Shown here piece after piece: positions 52,533 through 64,000 of a stretch of 64,000 bases of DNA (position 1 is its first letter; each line of letters starts with the position of its first letter). Source of the stretch: Erythrobacter sp. (GTDB lineage Bacteria; Pseudomonadota; Alphaproteobacteria; Sphingomonadales; Sphingomonadaceae). The notes below the pieces were generated by a model. It worked only from the letters and a program-made list of their open reading frames with translations, was not told the origin of the DNA and did no database searches. The position numbers and the translations under genes were made by a program. The stretch lies in assembly GCA_025698865.1 (NCBI GenBank), contig JAILWQ010000002.1:144385-208384 (forward strand), given 5' to 3'.

Positions 52533-53780
52533 TTGCTTTACCACGCCTACGAACTGCAGCGCAGCTGGCTCAATTCCGCCAGCGCCTGGGCCTCGATCGG
52601 GGCGGAAATGCTATCCAACCCGGCGCTGCCGATGAATTATATGGGCGGCTACATGGGGCTCGGACCCGTGGCGGCGAGCGCGCTGGAAGTGTTCGCCCAC
52701 GCCACCATCACCCGTGGCAAGCCCGCCTGGGACATCAAATTCGTCGAGATCGCGGGCGAGCCCGATCCGGTCGAGGAAGCGACCGTGGTCAACAAGCCCT
52801 TCGGCGATCTGAAGCGCTTCCGCCGCGCCGGGCTTCCGGATGACGCACCCCGCCTGCTGATCGTCGCGCCGATGAGCGGGCACTACGCCACGCTGCTGCG
52901 CGGCACGGTCGAGCGGATGATCGAGAGCTGCGAGGTCTACGTCACCGACTGGGTCGACGCGCGCACCGTGCCGCTGAGCGAGGGCGAGTTCGACCTCGAC
53001 GACTATATCGACTATCTCGTCGAGTTCCTGCGCTTCATCGCTGAAGAGGGCGAAGGCGGCGCGGCGCACATGATGGCGGTGTGTCAGCCCTCCGTCCCAG
53101 CCTTTGCCGCCACCGCGCTGATGAACGGGCAGGACGATCCCGCCGCGCCGAAAACGCTGACCATGATGGGCGGCCCGATCGACACCCGCGAATCGCCAAC
53201 CGGCGTCAACGATCTCGCCATGGACCGCCCGATCGAGTGGTTCCGCCAGAGCGTGATCGCCACCGTGCCGATGCAGTATCGCGGCGGCGGGCGGCGGGTC
53301 TATCCCGGCTTCCTCCAGCTCGCCGGCTTCATGAGCATGAATCTCGGCAACCACCTGATGAGCCATTACGAGATGTTCAAGCATCTCACCGAAGGCGACG
53401 AGGAAAGCGCGCAGGCGACAAAGGATTTCTACCGCGAATATCTCTCGGTCTGCGACATGACCGCCGAGTTCTACCTCCAGACCGTGGAGGAGGTGTTCCA
53501 GAAGCACTCGATCCCCAACGGCACATTCGCGCACAGGGGCGAAACGGTCGATCTCGGCGCGATCGACACCACCGCGCTGCTGGCGATCGAGGGCGAGCGC
53601 GACGACATCTCCGGCATCGGCCAGACCAGGGCCGCGCTCAAGCTCACCCCCGGCCTGCCAGAGGCGAAGAAGCGCTACTACCTGGCCGAAGGCGCCGGGC
53701 ATTACGGCATTTTCAACGGCAGCAAATGGCGCGAGAAGATCGCCCCGGTGGTCGAAGAATTCATGGCCGCCCACGGGTGA
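52533..53780 (+). CDS. phaZ: Intracellular polyhydroxyalkanoate depolymerase
   Basis: 'LIVAPMSGHYATLLR', 'VTDW', 'FDLDDYIDY', 'AVCQP', 'MMGGPIDTR', 'EGERDDI', 'GHYGIF'; TTG start. Confidence 0.94.
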   Translation: MLYHAYELQRSWLNSASAWASIGAEMLSNPALPMNYMGGYMGLGPVAASALEVFAHATITRGKPAWDIKFVEIAGEPDPVEEATVVNKPFGDLKRFRRAGLPDDAPRLLIVAPMSGHYATLLRGTVERMIESCEVYVTDWVDARTVPLSEGEFDLDDYIDYLVEFLRFIAEEGEGGAAHMMAVCQPSVPAFAATALMNGQDDPAAPKTLTMMGGPIDTRESPTGVNDLAMDRPIEWFRQSVIATVPMQYRGGGRRVYPGFLQLAGFMSMNLGNHLMSHYEMFKHLTEGDEESAQATKDFYREYLSVCDMTAEFYLQTVEEVFQKHSIPNGTFAHRGETVDLGAIDTTALLAIEGERDDISGIGQTRAALKLTPGLPEAKKRYYLAEGAGHYGIFNGSKWREKIAPVVEEFMAAHG

Positions 53781-53843
53781 CGACCCGGCGGACGGCAGAT
53801 CGCGCATTTCCGCTGTCCTTCCGATAGGCTGCGAAGCGGACGC

Positions 53844-54167
53844 ATGATCGCCCTCGTCTATATCGGAGCAGCGCTGGCCGAGATTGCGGGCTGCTTCGCG
53901 TTCTGGGCATGGCTGCGCCTCGACAAGCCGATCTGGTGGCTCGTCCCGGGGATGGTTGCCCTGGCCCTCTTCGCGTTCCTGCTGACACTCGTCGATGCGG
54001 AACACGCCGGTCGCACCTATGCGGCTTATGGGGGTGTCTACATCGTCTCCGCGATAGCGTGGCTGTGGCTGGTCGAAGGTGCGAGGCCCGATCGGTGGGA
54101 CCTGATCGGCGCGGTTGTCTGTCTGGGCGGCGCGGCCATTATCCTGTTCGGACCGCGACCCGGGTAA
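53844..54167 (+). CDS. YnfA (UPF0060) small membrane protein
   Basis: '[13 protein letters not shown]', '[12 protein letters not shown]', 'PDRWD..G'. Confidence 0.92.
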   Translation: MIALVYIGAALAEIAGCFAFWAWLRLDKPIWWLVPGMVALALFAFLLTLVDAEHAGRTYAAYGGVYIVSAIAWLWLVEGARPDRWDLIGAVVCLGGAAIILFGPRPG

Positions 54168-54213
54168 GGCCTCGGGGAGTGCTCTCCTGCGACGACGACC
54201 GTATTACCATATG

Positions 54214-54244
54214 AAAAAGGCGGCCGGATCGTCTCCGGCCGCCT
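54214..54244 (-). terminator. Intrinsic terminator of the thiolase operon
   Basis: AAAAAGGCGGCCGGA-TCGTC-TCCGGCCGCCT. Confidence 0.85.
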
Positions 54245-54268
54245 CTTCGCGTCACGCTGAGCGTTCGA

Positions 54269-55447
54269 TCAGAAAATCTCGAACAGGCCCGCCGCGCCCA
54301 TGCCGCCGCCCACGCACATGGTGACGACTCCGTATTTGGCGCCCCGGCGCTTGCCTTCGAGCAGGACGTGGCCGGTGCAGCGCGCGCCGGTCATGCCGTA
54401 GGGGTGGCCGATCGAGATGGAGCCGCCCGAAACGTTCAGCTTGTCATTGTCGATGCCGAGCTTGTCGCGGCAGTAGAGCACCTGCACCGCGAAGGCTTCG
54501 TTCAGCTCCCAGATGCCGATATCGTCGACCTTGAGATCGAACCGCTCGAGCAGCTTGGGGATAGCGAAGATCGGGCCGATGCCCATCTCGTCGGGCTCGG
54601 TGCCGGCGACCGCCATGCCGACATAGCGACCGAGCGGGGTCAGGCCCTTCTGCTCGGCGATTTTGGCTTCCATCAGCACGCTGGCGCTGGAGCCGTCGGA
54701 CAGCTGGCTGGCATTGCCCGCGGTGATCGTGGTGCCTTCGCCCATCACCGGCTTGAGGCTGTTGAGCCCTTCCAGCGTGGTCTCGGGGCGATTGCCCTCG
54801 TCCTTGGCGATCGTCACCTCGACGTCGGAGATTTCGCCGGTTTCCTTGTCCTGCACCTTGTGGGTGGTGGACACGGAGACGATCTCGTCGTCGAAGCGGC
54901 CCTCTTCCTGCGCCTTGGCGGTGCGCTGCTGCGACTGGAGGGCATATTCGTCCTGCTGTTCGCGCGAGATGCCGTAGCGCTGGGCGACCGTTTCGGCGGT
55001 CTGAAGCATCGGCATGTAGATCGCGCCGTGCATCTGCATCAGCTCGGGATCGGGCATCACGCGCATTTCCTTGGTCTGCACGAGGCTGATCGATTCCTGA
55101 CCGCCGGCCGCGACCACGTCCATCCGGTCGGTGATGATCTGCTTGGCGGCGGTGGCGATGCTCATCAGGCCGCTCGAACACTGGCGGTCGATGGTCATGC
55201 CGCTGGTGCCGATCGGGCAGCCGGCGCGCAGCGCGACCTGACGGGCGAGGTTGCCGGCCTGGGTGCCCTGCTGGAGCGCGCTGCCCCACAGCACGTCGTC
55301 GACCTCGCCCGGCTCGATGCCGGCACGCTCGATCGCGGGCTTGAGCGAATAGGCGCCGAGAGTCGGCCCCTTGGTGTCGTTGAACCCGCCCTTGTAGGCG
55401 CGGCCGATGGCGGTGCGGGCGGTGGAAACGATGACTGCGTCACGCAT
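54269..55447 (-). CDS. Acetyl-CoA C-acyltransferase (thiolase)
   Basis: '[11 protein letters not shown]', 'IDRQCSSG', '[11 protein letters not shown]', 'ELNEAFA', 'GHPYGMTG', 'TMCVGGGMG'. Confidence 0.96.
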   Translation of the reverse strand: MRDAVIVSTARTAIGRAYKGGFNDTKGPTLGAYSLKPAIERAGIEPGEVDDVLWGSALQQGTQAGNLARQVALRAGCPIGTSGMTIDRQCSSGLMSIATAAKQIITDRMDVVAAGGQESISLVQTKEMRVMPDPELMQMHGAIYMPMLQTAETVAQRYGISREQQDEYALQSQQRTAKAQEEGRFDDEIVSVSTTHKVQDKETGEISDVEVTIAKDEGNRPETTLEGLNSLKPVMGEGTTITAGNASQLSDGSSASVLMEAKIAEQKGLTPLGRYVGMAVAGTEPDEMGIGPIFAIPKLLERFDLKVDDIGIWELNEAFAVQVLYCRDKLGIDNDKLNVSGGSISIGHPYGMTGARCTGHVLLEGKRRGAKYGVVTMCVGGGMGAAGLFEIF

Positions 55448-55473
55448 GGAAGAACTCCTTGGAATAGTGAGGC

Positions 55474-55495
55474 CCCTCCCCGCTCGCGGGGAGGG
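55474..55495. repeat. Intercistronic GC hairpin (REP-like)
   Basis: CCCTCCCCG-CTCG-CGGGGAGGG between maoC and the thiolase. Confidence 0.45.
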
Positions 55496-55503
55496 AAAAC
55501 GGT

Positions 55504-55953
55504 TCAGACGAAGACCTGCATGATCCATTCGGTGATCAGGGCGGGCTTGTCCTCGCCCTCGATCTCGATGGTGATCTCGCTGGTCTGCTGCCACTGGCCG
55601 GGGCGCTTCTCGATCATCTCGACCAGCTTCCAGTGACCGCGAATGCGCTTGCCGCTGCGGACCGGGTTGATGAAGCGGGTTTTGTTGCCGCCGTAATTGA
55701 CGCCCATCTTCGCGTTGTCGACCTTGGGCAGGTCGGAATTGGCGGAGAGATAAGGGATCATCGAGAGCGTGAGGAAGCCGTGGGCGATCGTGCCGCCGAA
55801 GGGCGTCATCTTGGCCGCTTCCTCGTTCACGTGGATGAACTGGTGATCGCCCGTCGCCTCGGCGAACTGGTTGATCCGTTCCTGGCTCATCTCGACCCAT
55901 TCGCTGGTGCCGATGGTCTCGCCGGTCTTTTCTGCCACTTCCTGCGGGGTCAT
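55504..55953 (-). CDS. MaoC/NodN-family dehydratase
   Basis: '[19 protein letters not shown]', '[12 protein letters not shown]', '[11 protein letters not shown]'. Confidence 0.93.
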   Translation of the reverse strand: MTPQEVAEKTGETIGTSEWVEMSQERINQFAEATGDHQFIHVNEEAAKMTPFGGTIAHGFLTLSMIPYLSANSDLPKVDNAKMGVNYGGNKTRFINPVRSGKRIRGHWKLVEMIEKRPGQWQQTSEITIEIEGEDKPALITEWIMQVFV

Positions 55954-56067
55954 CTCGCTCTCCTTGTTCGCCGTGTTCCCGGGTTCGCACGCGACTCTTC
56001 GAAGCCGCGCAAATCGGCGCTTTCATGGCCGACGAAACGGGGGCGCGCAACCGGCTCTGCCGTGCCG

Positions 56068-57474
56068 CTACGGCATGGCGGGATCGGAAGTGGGATCGCC
56101 GCGACGCGATGCGGCGTGAGCCGTTTTCGCTGCGGGGCGCGCGGGTTTTTCCTGCCGCCGGCACCAGTTCCACAGCGCCACCTGAAGCCCCAAAAACAGG
56201 AACACCACCGGCTGGTAGCCGATCCCCTGGAACGCAGCGCCGACGAGATAGACGACCAGCCCGGTCTGGAGCGCGGTCGCCAGCTGCGCAATGCCGGCAT
56301 CGCCGCCCACGGCATCTGCCCCGCCCGCGGACAAGGCACGCTCGCGGTAGCGCCGCCGGAGCCGCTCCATCTGCAACAGTCCCGACAGCATCAGCGCCAG
56401 CCAGATCGCGAAGCCGACATAGCCCTGTTCGCCCAGCAGCTCGAAATAGGCCGAGTGGAAAGCACGCGCCTTGTCGGTCACCTCGACATATTCGACCGCC
56501 GTCGTGTTCCCCGTGCCCGTCCGCACCGGCATTTCGTAGGTGAAGGAATTGGCGCGGTAGCTGTCGAAGCCGCCGCCCAGCGGATTGGCCTTCACGTAGT
56601 CGAGCGTCCATTCCCACACCGCCACGCGGGTCGAGGCGCTGGCATCGGCCTGCGAGGAGCCGATCGTCGCCATCCGCTCGTAATAGCTCTGCGGCAGGAA
56701 GGGCAGCGCCGCCAGCGCCAGCAGCCCGGCCGCGCAGACATAGGCGATGCGGTTCTTCACGCTCCGCAGCGAAAGCACCGCCAGCACCGCGATGCAGAGC
56801 AGGCCCGTGCGCGCCTCGGTCCCGATCGGGATCAGCAGGCAGGCGAAGATCAGCGCGACGCCGAACAGCTTCACCCGCCAGTCGGGCGGGAAGACCGTGC
56901 CGTGTTTCATCAGCCAGACGATCAGCGGGATGGAGCCGATCGCGACCGTCGCCAGCGTGGAGCTTTCGTAGACGCCCGAATTGTCGTTCACGAAGAAATA
57001 GAGGCTTTCGTAGCCGCCCCCGCCGCCGACCGTCTTCAGCCCCGCACTGATCACGATTGCGCCCACGGTCAGAACGATGGTCAGCACCAGCGCTTCCATC
57101 CGCAATCGGGTGGTCAGCGTGAAGGGCAGGAAGATGGCGAAGACCAGCGCCTTCCACACCCAGCTCCACTTGTGCGCGGCTTCCTCGGGGAAGGCCGACA
57201 GCCCTGTCGTGTACCAGCACCACAGCAGCAACAGCACCATCAGCCCCTGCCGGTAATGCACGCGCATGTCGCGCTTCTCGTCGACGAACAGCCAGCCGGC
57301 AAAGGCGGCGACGAAGGCGATCAGCGAGATCGGCAGAAGCGGCGTCAGCGTCCAGCCGATCTTCTGCGGCGCGAGGATGTCGATATAGACATAGGCGAGC
57401 ACCCACAGGAACGGGCGCGCAACCCCGATGGCGAAAAAGAACAGGACGAAAGCGAAGAGCGCGAGGTCAAGCAC
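56068..57474 (-). CDS. Putative O-glycosylation ligase, exosortase A system-associated (Wzy_C/O-antigen ligase-like)
   Basis: Multi-TM; '[19 protein letters not shown]', 'DNSGVYE', '[10 protein letters not shown]', 'NPLGGGF', '[14 protein letters not shown]'; GTG start. Confidence 0.8.
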   Translation of the reverse strand: MLDLALFAFVLFFFAIGVARPFLWVLAYVYIDILAPQKIGWTLTPLLPISLIAFVAAFAGWLFVDEKRDMRVHYRQGLMVLLLLWCWYTTGLSAFPEEAAHKWSWVWKALVFAIFLPFTLTTRLRMEALVLTIVLTVGAIVISAGLKTVGGGGGYESLYFFVNDNSGVYESSTLATVAIGSIPLIVWLMKHGTVFPPDWRVKLFGVALIFACLLIPIGTEARTGLLCIAVLAVLSLRSVKNRIAYVCAAGLLALAALPFLPQSYYERMATIGSSQADASASTRVAVWEWTLDYVKANPLGGGFDSYRANSFTYEMPVRTGTGNTTAVEYVEVTDKARAFHSAYFELLGEQGYVGFAIWLALMLSGLLQMERLRRRYRERALSAGGADAVGGDAGIAQLATALQTGLVVYLVGAAFQGIGYQPVVFLFLGLQVALWNWCRRQEKPARPAAKTAHAASRRGDPTSDPAMP

Positions 57475-57652
57475 GGCGGCGACGCCTCGCTCGTGCCTCG
57501 CGCCGGGTTTCCGGGCGGGTTTCGGGCGCGCCCGCCCCTTCGCTCGCCGCCGGCGTCTCGCTGTCCGCATCGAGATCGCCGCGCCGCACCAGCCCCAGCA
57601 GCGCAATCGCCAGCAGGCCATGCGTCAGAGCGAGGGCGAAATAGTCGATCAC
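57467..57652 (-). CDS. Small single-TM protein, unknown function
   Basis: MIDYFALALTHGLLAIALLGLVRRGDLD... with an Arg-rich tail; stop overlaps the ligase start. Confidence 0.7.
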   Translation of the reverse strand: MIDYFALALTHGLLAIALLGLVRRGDLDADSETPAASEGAGAPETRPETRREARARRRRRA

Positions 57653-57716
57653 GCGCGAAATTCCGAAATCTTGCGGACTTTGTGAATGGGCGCCGGGCGG
57701 GGTAGCAGCTGCGTAG

Positions 57717-57731
57717 TTGACGCGCCGTTAA
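57717..57731. promoter_or_regulatory. CtrA-box-like site / sigma70 -35 in the divergent XrtA-module intergenic region
   Basis: TTGA-CGCGCCG-TTAA, one mismatch to TTAA-N7-TTAA. Confidence 0.4.
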
Positions 57732-57756
57732 GTCTCTGGTGCCATTCCCTACGCCG

Positions 57757-59043
57757 ATGACCGCCGCGACGCCAAAGATACTCCACGTCCTCGACCATTC
57801 GCTGCCGCTGCACAGCGGCTACACCTTCCGCACGCGCGCCATAATGAGGGCACAGGCGGCGAGCGGGCTGGACGTGCGCGGCATCACCGGGCCGCTCTAC
57901 CACGAAGGCGAGCGCGGGGCGGCGACGCATGACGGGCTGGTCTTTTACCGCACGCCCGATGCGGTGTCCGGCCCGCCCGGCCTTCGCGAATGGCGCGCCA
58001 TCGCCGCCTTCCGCCGCGCGATCGAGCGCGTGATCGCCGAATGGCGGCCCGACATTCTCCACGCCCATTCGCCCGCGATCTGCGGGCTGGCGGCGCTCGG
58101 CGCGGCGCGGCGGGCGGGCCTGCCGGTGGTCTACGAAATCCGCGCCTTCTGGGAGGATGCGGCGGTCGGCAACGGCGCCGGGCGCGAGGGATCGGTCAAA
58201 TACCGCATGACCCGGATGCTGGAGAATCGCGCGGTGGCGGGCGCCGACACGGTCTTCACCATCGCGAAGGGTCTGCGCGAGGATCTGGTCGCGCGCGGCC
58301 ACGATCCGGCGAAGATCGCCCTGTCGCCCAACGGCGTCGACCTCTCGCTGTTCGGCGATCCCCCGCCACGCGACACGGCGCTCGCCGCCGAGCTCGGCAT
58401 CGGTGAAGGACCGGTGATCGGCTTCATCGGCAGTTTCTACGATTACGAGGGGCTGGACGATCTGGTCGCCGCCATGCCGCGCCTGCGCCGCCGCCATCCG
58501 CAGGCCAGGCTGCTGCTGACCGGCGGCGGCCCGGTCGAGGATGCCCTGCGTGCCCAGGCCGCCGCCTCGCCCGCCAGCGAGGCGATCGTCTTCACCGGCC
58601 GCGTGCCGCATGACGAGGTCGAGCGCTACTACTCGCTGATCGACGTACTTGCCTATCCGCGCAAGAAATCGCGGCTGACTGATCTCGTCACGCCGCTGAA
58701 ACCGCTCGAGGCGATGGCGCAGCGCCGGCTGGTCGCCGCCTCCGATGTCGGCGGGCATCGCGAGCTGATCGAGGACGGGCGCACCGGAATGCTCTTCCCG
58801 CCGGACGATCCGGACGCGATCGCCGACGCGCTGGCGGACTTTCTCGATGCGCAAGAGAGCTGGCCGGCGATCCGCGAGGCCGCGCGCATCCATGTCGGCT
58901 CGGCGCATGACTGGGCGCGCAACGTTGAACGTTATCGCGCCGTTTACGACCGTCTGCTAGGCCGCGCGGCGGAATCGGGCGTCGATACGGGCGCCGCAGC
59001 GGGACAATCAGGGCAGGGATCGGTTCGTCATGTCGCAGAATAA
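57757..59043 (+). CDS. GT4 glycosyltransferase, PEP-CTERM/exosortase A system-associated type
   Basis: 'ILHVLDHSLPLHSGYTFRT', 'LHAHSP', 'YEIRAFWEDA', 'FIGSFYDYEGL', 'VTPLKPLEAMA', 'SDVGGH'. Confidence 0.88.
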   Translation: MTAATPKILHVLDHSLPLHSGYTFRTRAIMRAQAASGLDVRGITGPLYHEGERGAATHDGLVFYRTPDAVSGPPGLREWRAIAAFRRAIERVIAEWRPDILHAHSPAICGLAALGAARRAGLPVVYEIRAFWEDAAVGNGAGREGSVKYRMTRMLENRAVAGADTVFTIAKGLREDLVARGHDPAKIALSPNGVDLSLFGDPPPRDTALAAELGIGEGPVIGFIGSFYDYEGLDDLVAAMPRLRRRHPQARLLLTGGGPVEDALRAQAAASPASEAIVFTGRVPHDEVERYYSLIDVLAYPRKKSRLTDLVTPLKPLEAMAQRRLVAASDVGGHRELIEDGRTGMLFPPDDPDAIADALADFLDAQESWPAIREAARIHVGSAHDWARNVERYRAVYDRLLGRAAESGVDTGAAAGQSGQGSVRHVAE

Positions 59044-59911
59044 CAGACCGCTCGCGAGCCATCCGGCGTTTCGCTACATGGTCGCGCTATGGTTCGCCGC
59101 GCTGCTAGGCTTCGGCACTTATGTCGTGCCCGCCGGCGTGTTCGAGCGCGCGGTCGAGGCGACCGGCCTCGCCAGCATCCTGCCCGCCGCCGCTCCGCCG
59201 CTGGGCGAAACCGCGCGGCTGCTGATCAGCGCGGTCGCCGCCGTTCTGGGCGCGCTGCTCGGCCTGTTCGTCGCCAGCCGCGCCGGCTCCGGCGAACATA
59301 TCGAGGCCGACGGCGAGGCCGAGGAGATCGTCCTGCCCGACCCCGAACCCGCACCAGCGCGTGTCGAGGGACGCCGCCGCCCGCTGCTGGTGCGCGAGGC
59401 GCTGGCAGAGGACTTCGCGGACGCCCCCGAACCGGTCGAGGAGCACGCGATGAGGAGCGATCCGCACTCCGTGCCCGACGAGACGGTGAGCCTCCATGAA
59501 GAGGCCGAGCCGGAGGAGATCGATGAGCCTCTCGGGGAGGACTTTCTCGAGACCGAACCCGAACCCGATTTCACGGCCCACGAAACCTTCGTCGAGGAAC
59601 CCGACACGGACTATCCTTCCATCCTCCATATCGGATCCGTGCCGGAAGAGCCCCTGCGAGACGAAAGCGAACCCGCTGCTCCCGCACAGGAGGAGCTCGG
59701 CGAGCTCGCCGCGCGTCTCGAGGATGCGTTGTTCGCTTACCGCGAGAGGATGGCGAGCCATGATGAGGAGGGCGATGTGGTCGCGTTCCTGCGTCGTACC
59801 GCGGAGAACGGCGGAACGGCAGGCTATTCCCAACCGTCGCGGCCGGTCGATCCGCGCGAGGAATTGCGCGGCGCACTGGCCAAGCTCTCGCGGTTCAGCC
59901 GCGACGGCTAA
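59030..59911 (+). CDS. Hypothetical membrane protein with an acidic, Pro/Glu-rich cytoplasmic region
   Basis: Two N-terminal TM segments ('VALWFAALLGFG', 'AVAAVLGALLGL'); overlaps the GT stop by 14 nt. Confidence 0.75.
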   Translation: MSQNNRPLASHPAFRYMVALWFAALLGFGTYVVPAGVFERAVEATGLASILPAAAPPLGETARLLISAVAAVLGALLGLFVASRAGSGEHIEADGEAEEIVLPDPEPAPARVEGRRRPLLVREALAEDFADAPEPVEEHAMRSDPHSVPDETVSLHEEAEPEEIDEPLGEDFLETEPEPDFTAHETFVEEPDTDYPSILHIGSVPEEPLRDESEPAAPAQEELGELAARLEDALFAYRERMASHDEEGDVVAFLRRTAENGGTAGYSQPSRPVDPREELRGALAKLSRFSRDG

Positions 59912-60135
59912 CCTCTGGACAGACCCGGCTTCGAACCAGGTCGCGCAACGGAATGTCGTGTTTCGCGCAATATAGCGCATCATTATTACGTCGTTCGCAG
60001 TTGCAATAGTGCCTCGCGATCGTCATGAAGGCCTCTCACGCAATCCGCGCGGCGCTCCGACGGGCACCGCCACAAGGTCATGTCCAGCGGGCTTTCCCGA
60101 ACAGCCCGCCGGACCAAGCCGCACGAGGGAGCCAG

Positions 60136-64000
<3,865 letters not shown>

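Noticed and set aside
54269-57406. 1045-aa ORF suggesting a fusion ending in a thiolase
   Set aside because: The upstream part is an off-frame reading of the ligase and maoC; the thiolase starts at ATG 55447 with its own SD.
56068-59911. PEP-CTERM substrate protein or exosortase in this window
   Set aside because: No protein ends in VPEP-TM-basic, and no exosortase motif is seen.

Overview
GC-rich chromosomal window from an alphaproteobacterium. Gene content and order (glnD-TBDR, yggS/thiE-like/ftsK, rpmG-lolA-xth-ribA, XrtA-type glycosyltransferase/ligase next to gltB) point to Sphingomonadales, probably Erythrobacteraceae; this is an inference. It holds about 50 intact protein-coding genes, with a partial osmoprotectant ABC permease/SBP at the left edge and a partial gltB at the right edge. 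I see no rRNA, tRNA, CRISPR array, transposase, integrase or prophage. Most genes are housekeeping or catabolic: lgt, glnD, ftsK, ku-ligD, ald, several peptidases, pabB/C fusion, arfB, rpmG, lolA, alkaline phosphatase, xth, ribA, recQ, phhA, uppP, phaZ, thiolase, gltB. The signals most worth following up are: (1) an unannotated ~120-nt three-hairpin sRNA candidate between lolA and the alkaline phosphatase, with a C-rich GUUCCC seed loop; (2) a secreted six-EF-hand protein plus OmpR/sensor-kinase locus, with a G-U-supported anti-SD-loop leader hairpin and two tandem-repeat operator candidates; (3) an acyl-CoA dehydrogenase paired with a mesaconyl-CoA C1-C4 transferase-like gene; (4) one palindromic -10 element apparently driving two divergent leaderless genes (yggS and a degenerate ThiE); (5) EcfG-type stress promoters on lolA and two small proteins, one a LEA-like lipoprotein; (6) PhaR-, Pho-, CtrA- and GANTC-type regulatory sites. 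All functional calls come from motif recognition by eye; no searches or folding programs were run.
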